Positions 63,281 to 64,000 of a stretch of 64,000 bases of DNA are shown here, one piece after another. Made by a program: the position numbers and the translations under genes. The notes under the pieces were generated by a model. The model was not told the DNA's origin, searched no databases, and saw only the letters and a program-made list of their open reading frames with translations. How positions within the stretch are numbered: position 1 is the stretch's first letter; every line of letters starts with the position of its first letter. The stretch comes from Oikopleura dioica (lineage: Eukaryota > Animalia > Chordata), in NCBI GenBank assembly GCA_907165135.1, contig OU015567.1, positions 12,090,001 through 12,154,000 of the forward strand. Direction: 5' to 3'.

Positions 63281-63973
63281 ATGTCAAATGCACCAGATAA
63301 AGCGTCGACAGTTGACTGTAGTGAGCTTGACTCCATCAGAACTCCATCAGAGTTTCAAGATAATCAGAGCAATTCCTCTGGACTTTCGGACGATGACGTC
63401 GGGAGAATGATCAAACAAACATTAGATCCGGTTTGGGCCGCTATTCACGAAATTAATAAAGACCGTTTTACAATGATATCAAAAATCAAAGAGCTCGAAG
63501 AACAAGTCAAAAATTTGACGAATGAAAATGCAAATTTGAAGAACGAGGCCGACACTTTGCGTCAGAACGACCGGTATTTTGAAGGCGAATTGGAAAAACT
63601 TGGAGTCGAAAATCAACAGCTAAAGAACCATAGTAAAGAATTACGTTTGATTTCTCAGCAAGAAATAATCAAAACCGAAATATTTGTTGGACCCCTCCCT
63701 CAAGATATGAAAAAAGAAGATATAAAAAGAGTATTTGAGGAATTTGGCGAAGTCCAGCAAATCAAAAGAGATTCCGTCAACAAACGAAACTGTTCAATCA
63801 TTTTCAAATCTGAAGAAAGCGTCGAAAAGGCTCTTCAACGTAGGGTAAGTCTTCAAAATTTTCTGCAGTCTCGTTCTTGTTTTTAGGATCTTATTGTTTG
63901 GAAAAGTCAAAATCTGAATATACAGAGGGCAGTTGATAACAAAGGCAAAGAAGACAAACGACGAACACTGTAG
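63281..63973 (+). CDS. coiled-coil + single RRM-domain protein (about 216 aa), 2 exons
   Basis: Exon 63281-63844, a 42-nt GTAAGT...TTTTAG intron, then exon 63887-63973. Acidic, Ser-rich N-terminus; heptad region (IKELEEQVKNLTNENANLKNE...LEKLGVENQQLKN); RRM with RNP2-like IFVGPLP, EDIKRVFEEFGEV, RNP1-like NCSIIFKSEESVEKAL and final strand LNIQRA. Confidence 0.85.
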
Positions 63974-64000
63974 AGTCTATTTCCAACAGCTTTGCACAAA

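Overview
This is eukaryotic DNA, not prokaryotic. It is AT-rich and compact, with many 40-70 nt introns and several GC/GA splice donors, which points to the larvacean tunicate Oikopleura dioica or a close relative (inference). Four genes are recognisable by motif: a long-chain acyl-CoA synthetase (4081-10592, +), a protein O-mannose kinase (POMK/SgK196; 13726 to at least 17356, -), a GPI-anchored M19 membrane dipeptidase with a 1-nt frameshift (34232 to at least 36070, -) and a LIV-1-type ZIP/SLC39 transporter (36825 to about 38335, -). Several small spliced orphan genes were built by hand, including a coiled-coil+RRM gene at 63281-63973. The clearest non-coding structure is a set of non-autonomous DNA transposons with readable TIRs and target-site duplications. 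The largest is a 2.8-kb composite hAT-type element (8-bp TSD). It carries a nested 807-bp element (68-bp TIR, 9-bp TSD) and a three-copy array whose 38-bp core is identical while its flanks have diverged. There are also three TTAA-flanked, purine-starting (Kolobok-like) MITEs and a TGACTCA-bearing MITE family. I saw no CRISPR array, rRNA, tRNA or intact transposase. All exon models are manual and unverified by RNA data.
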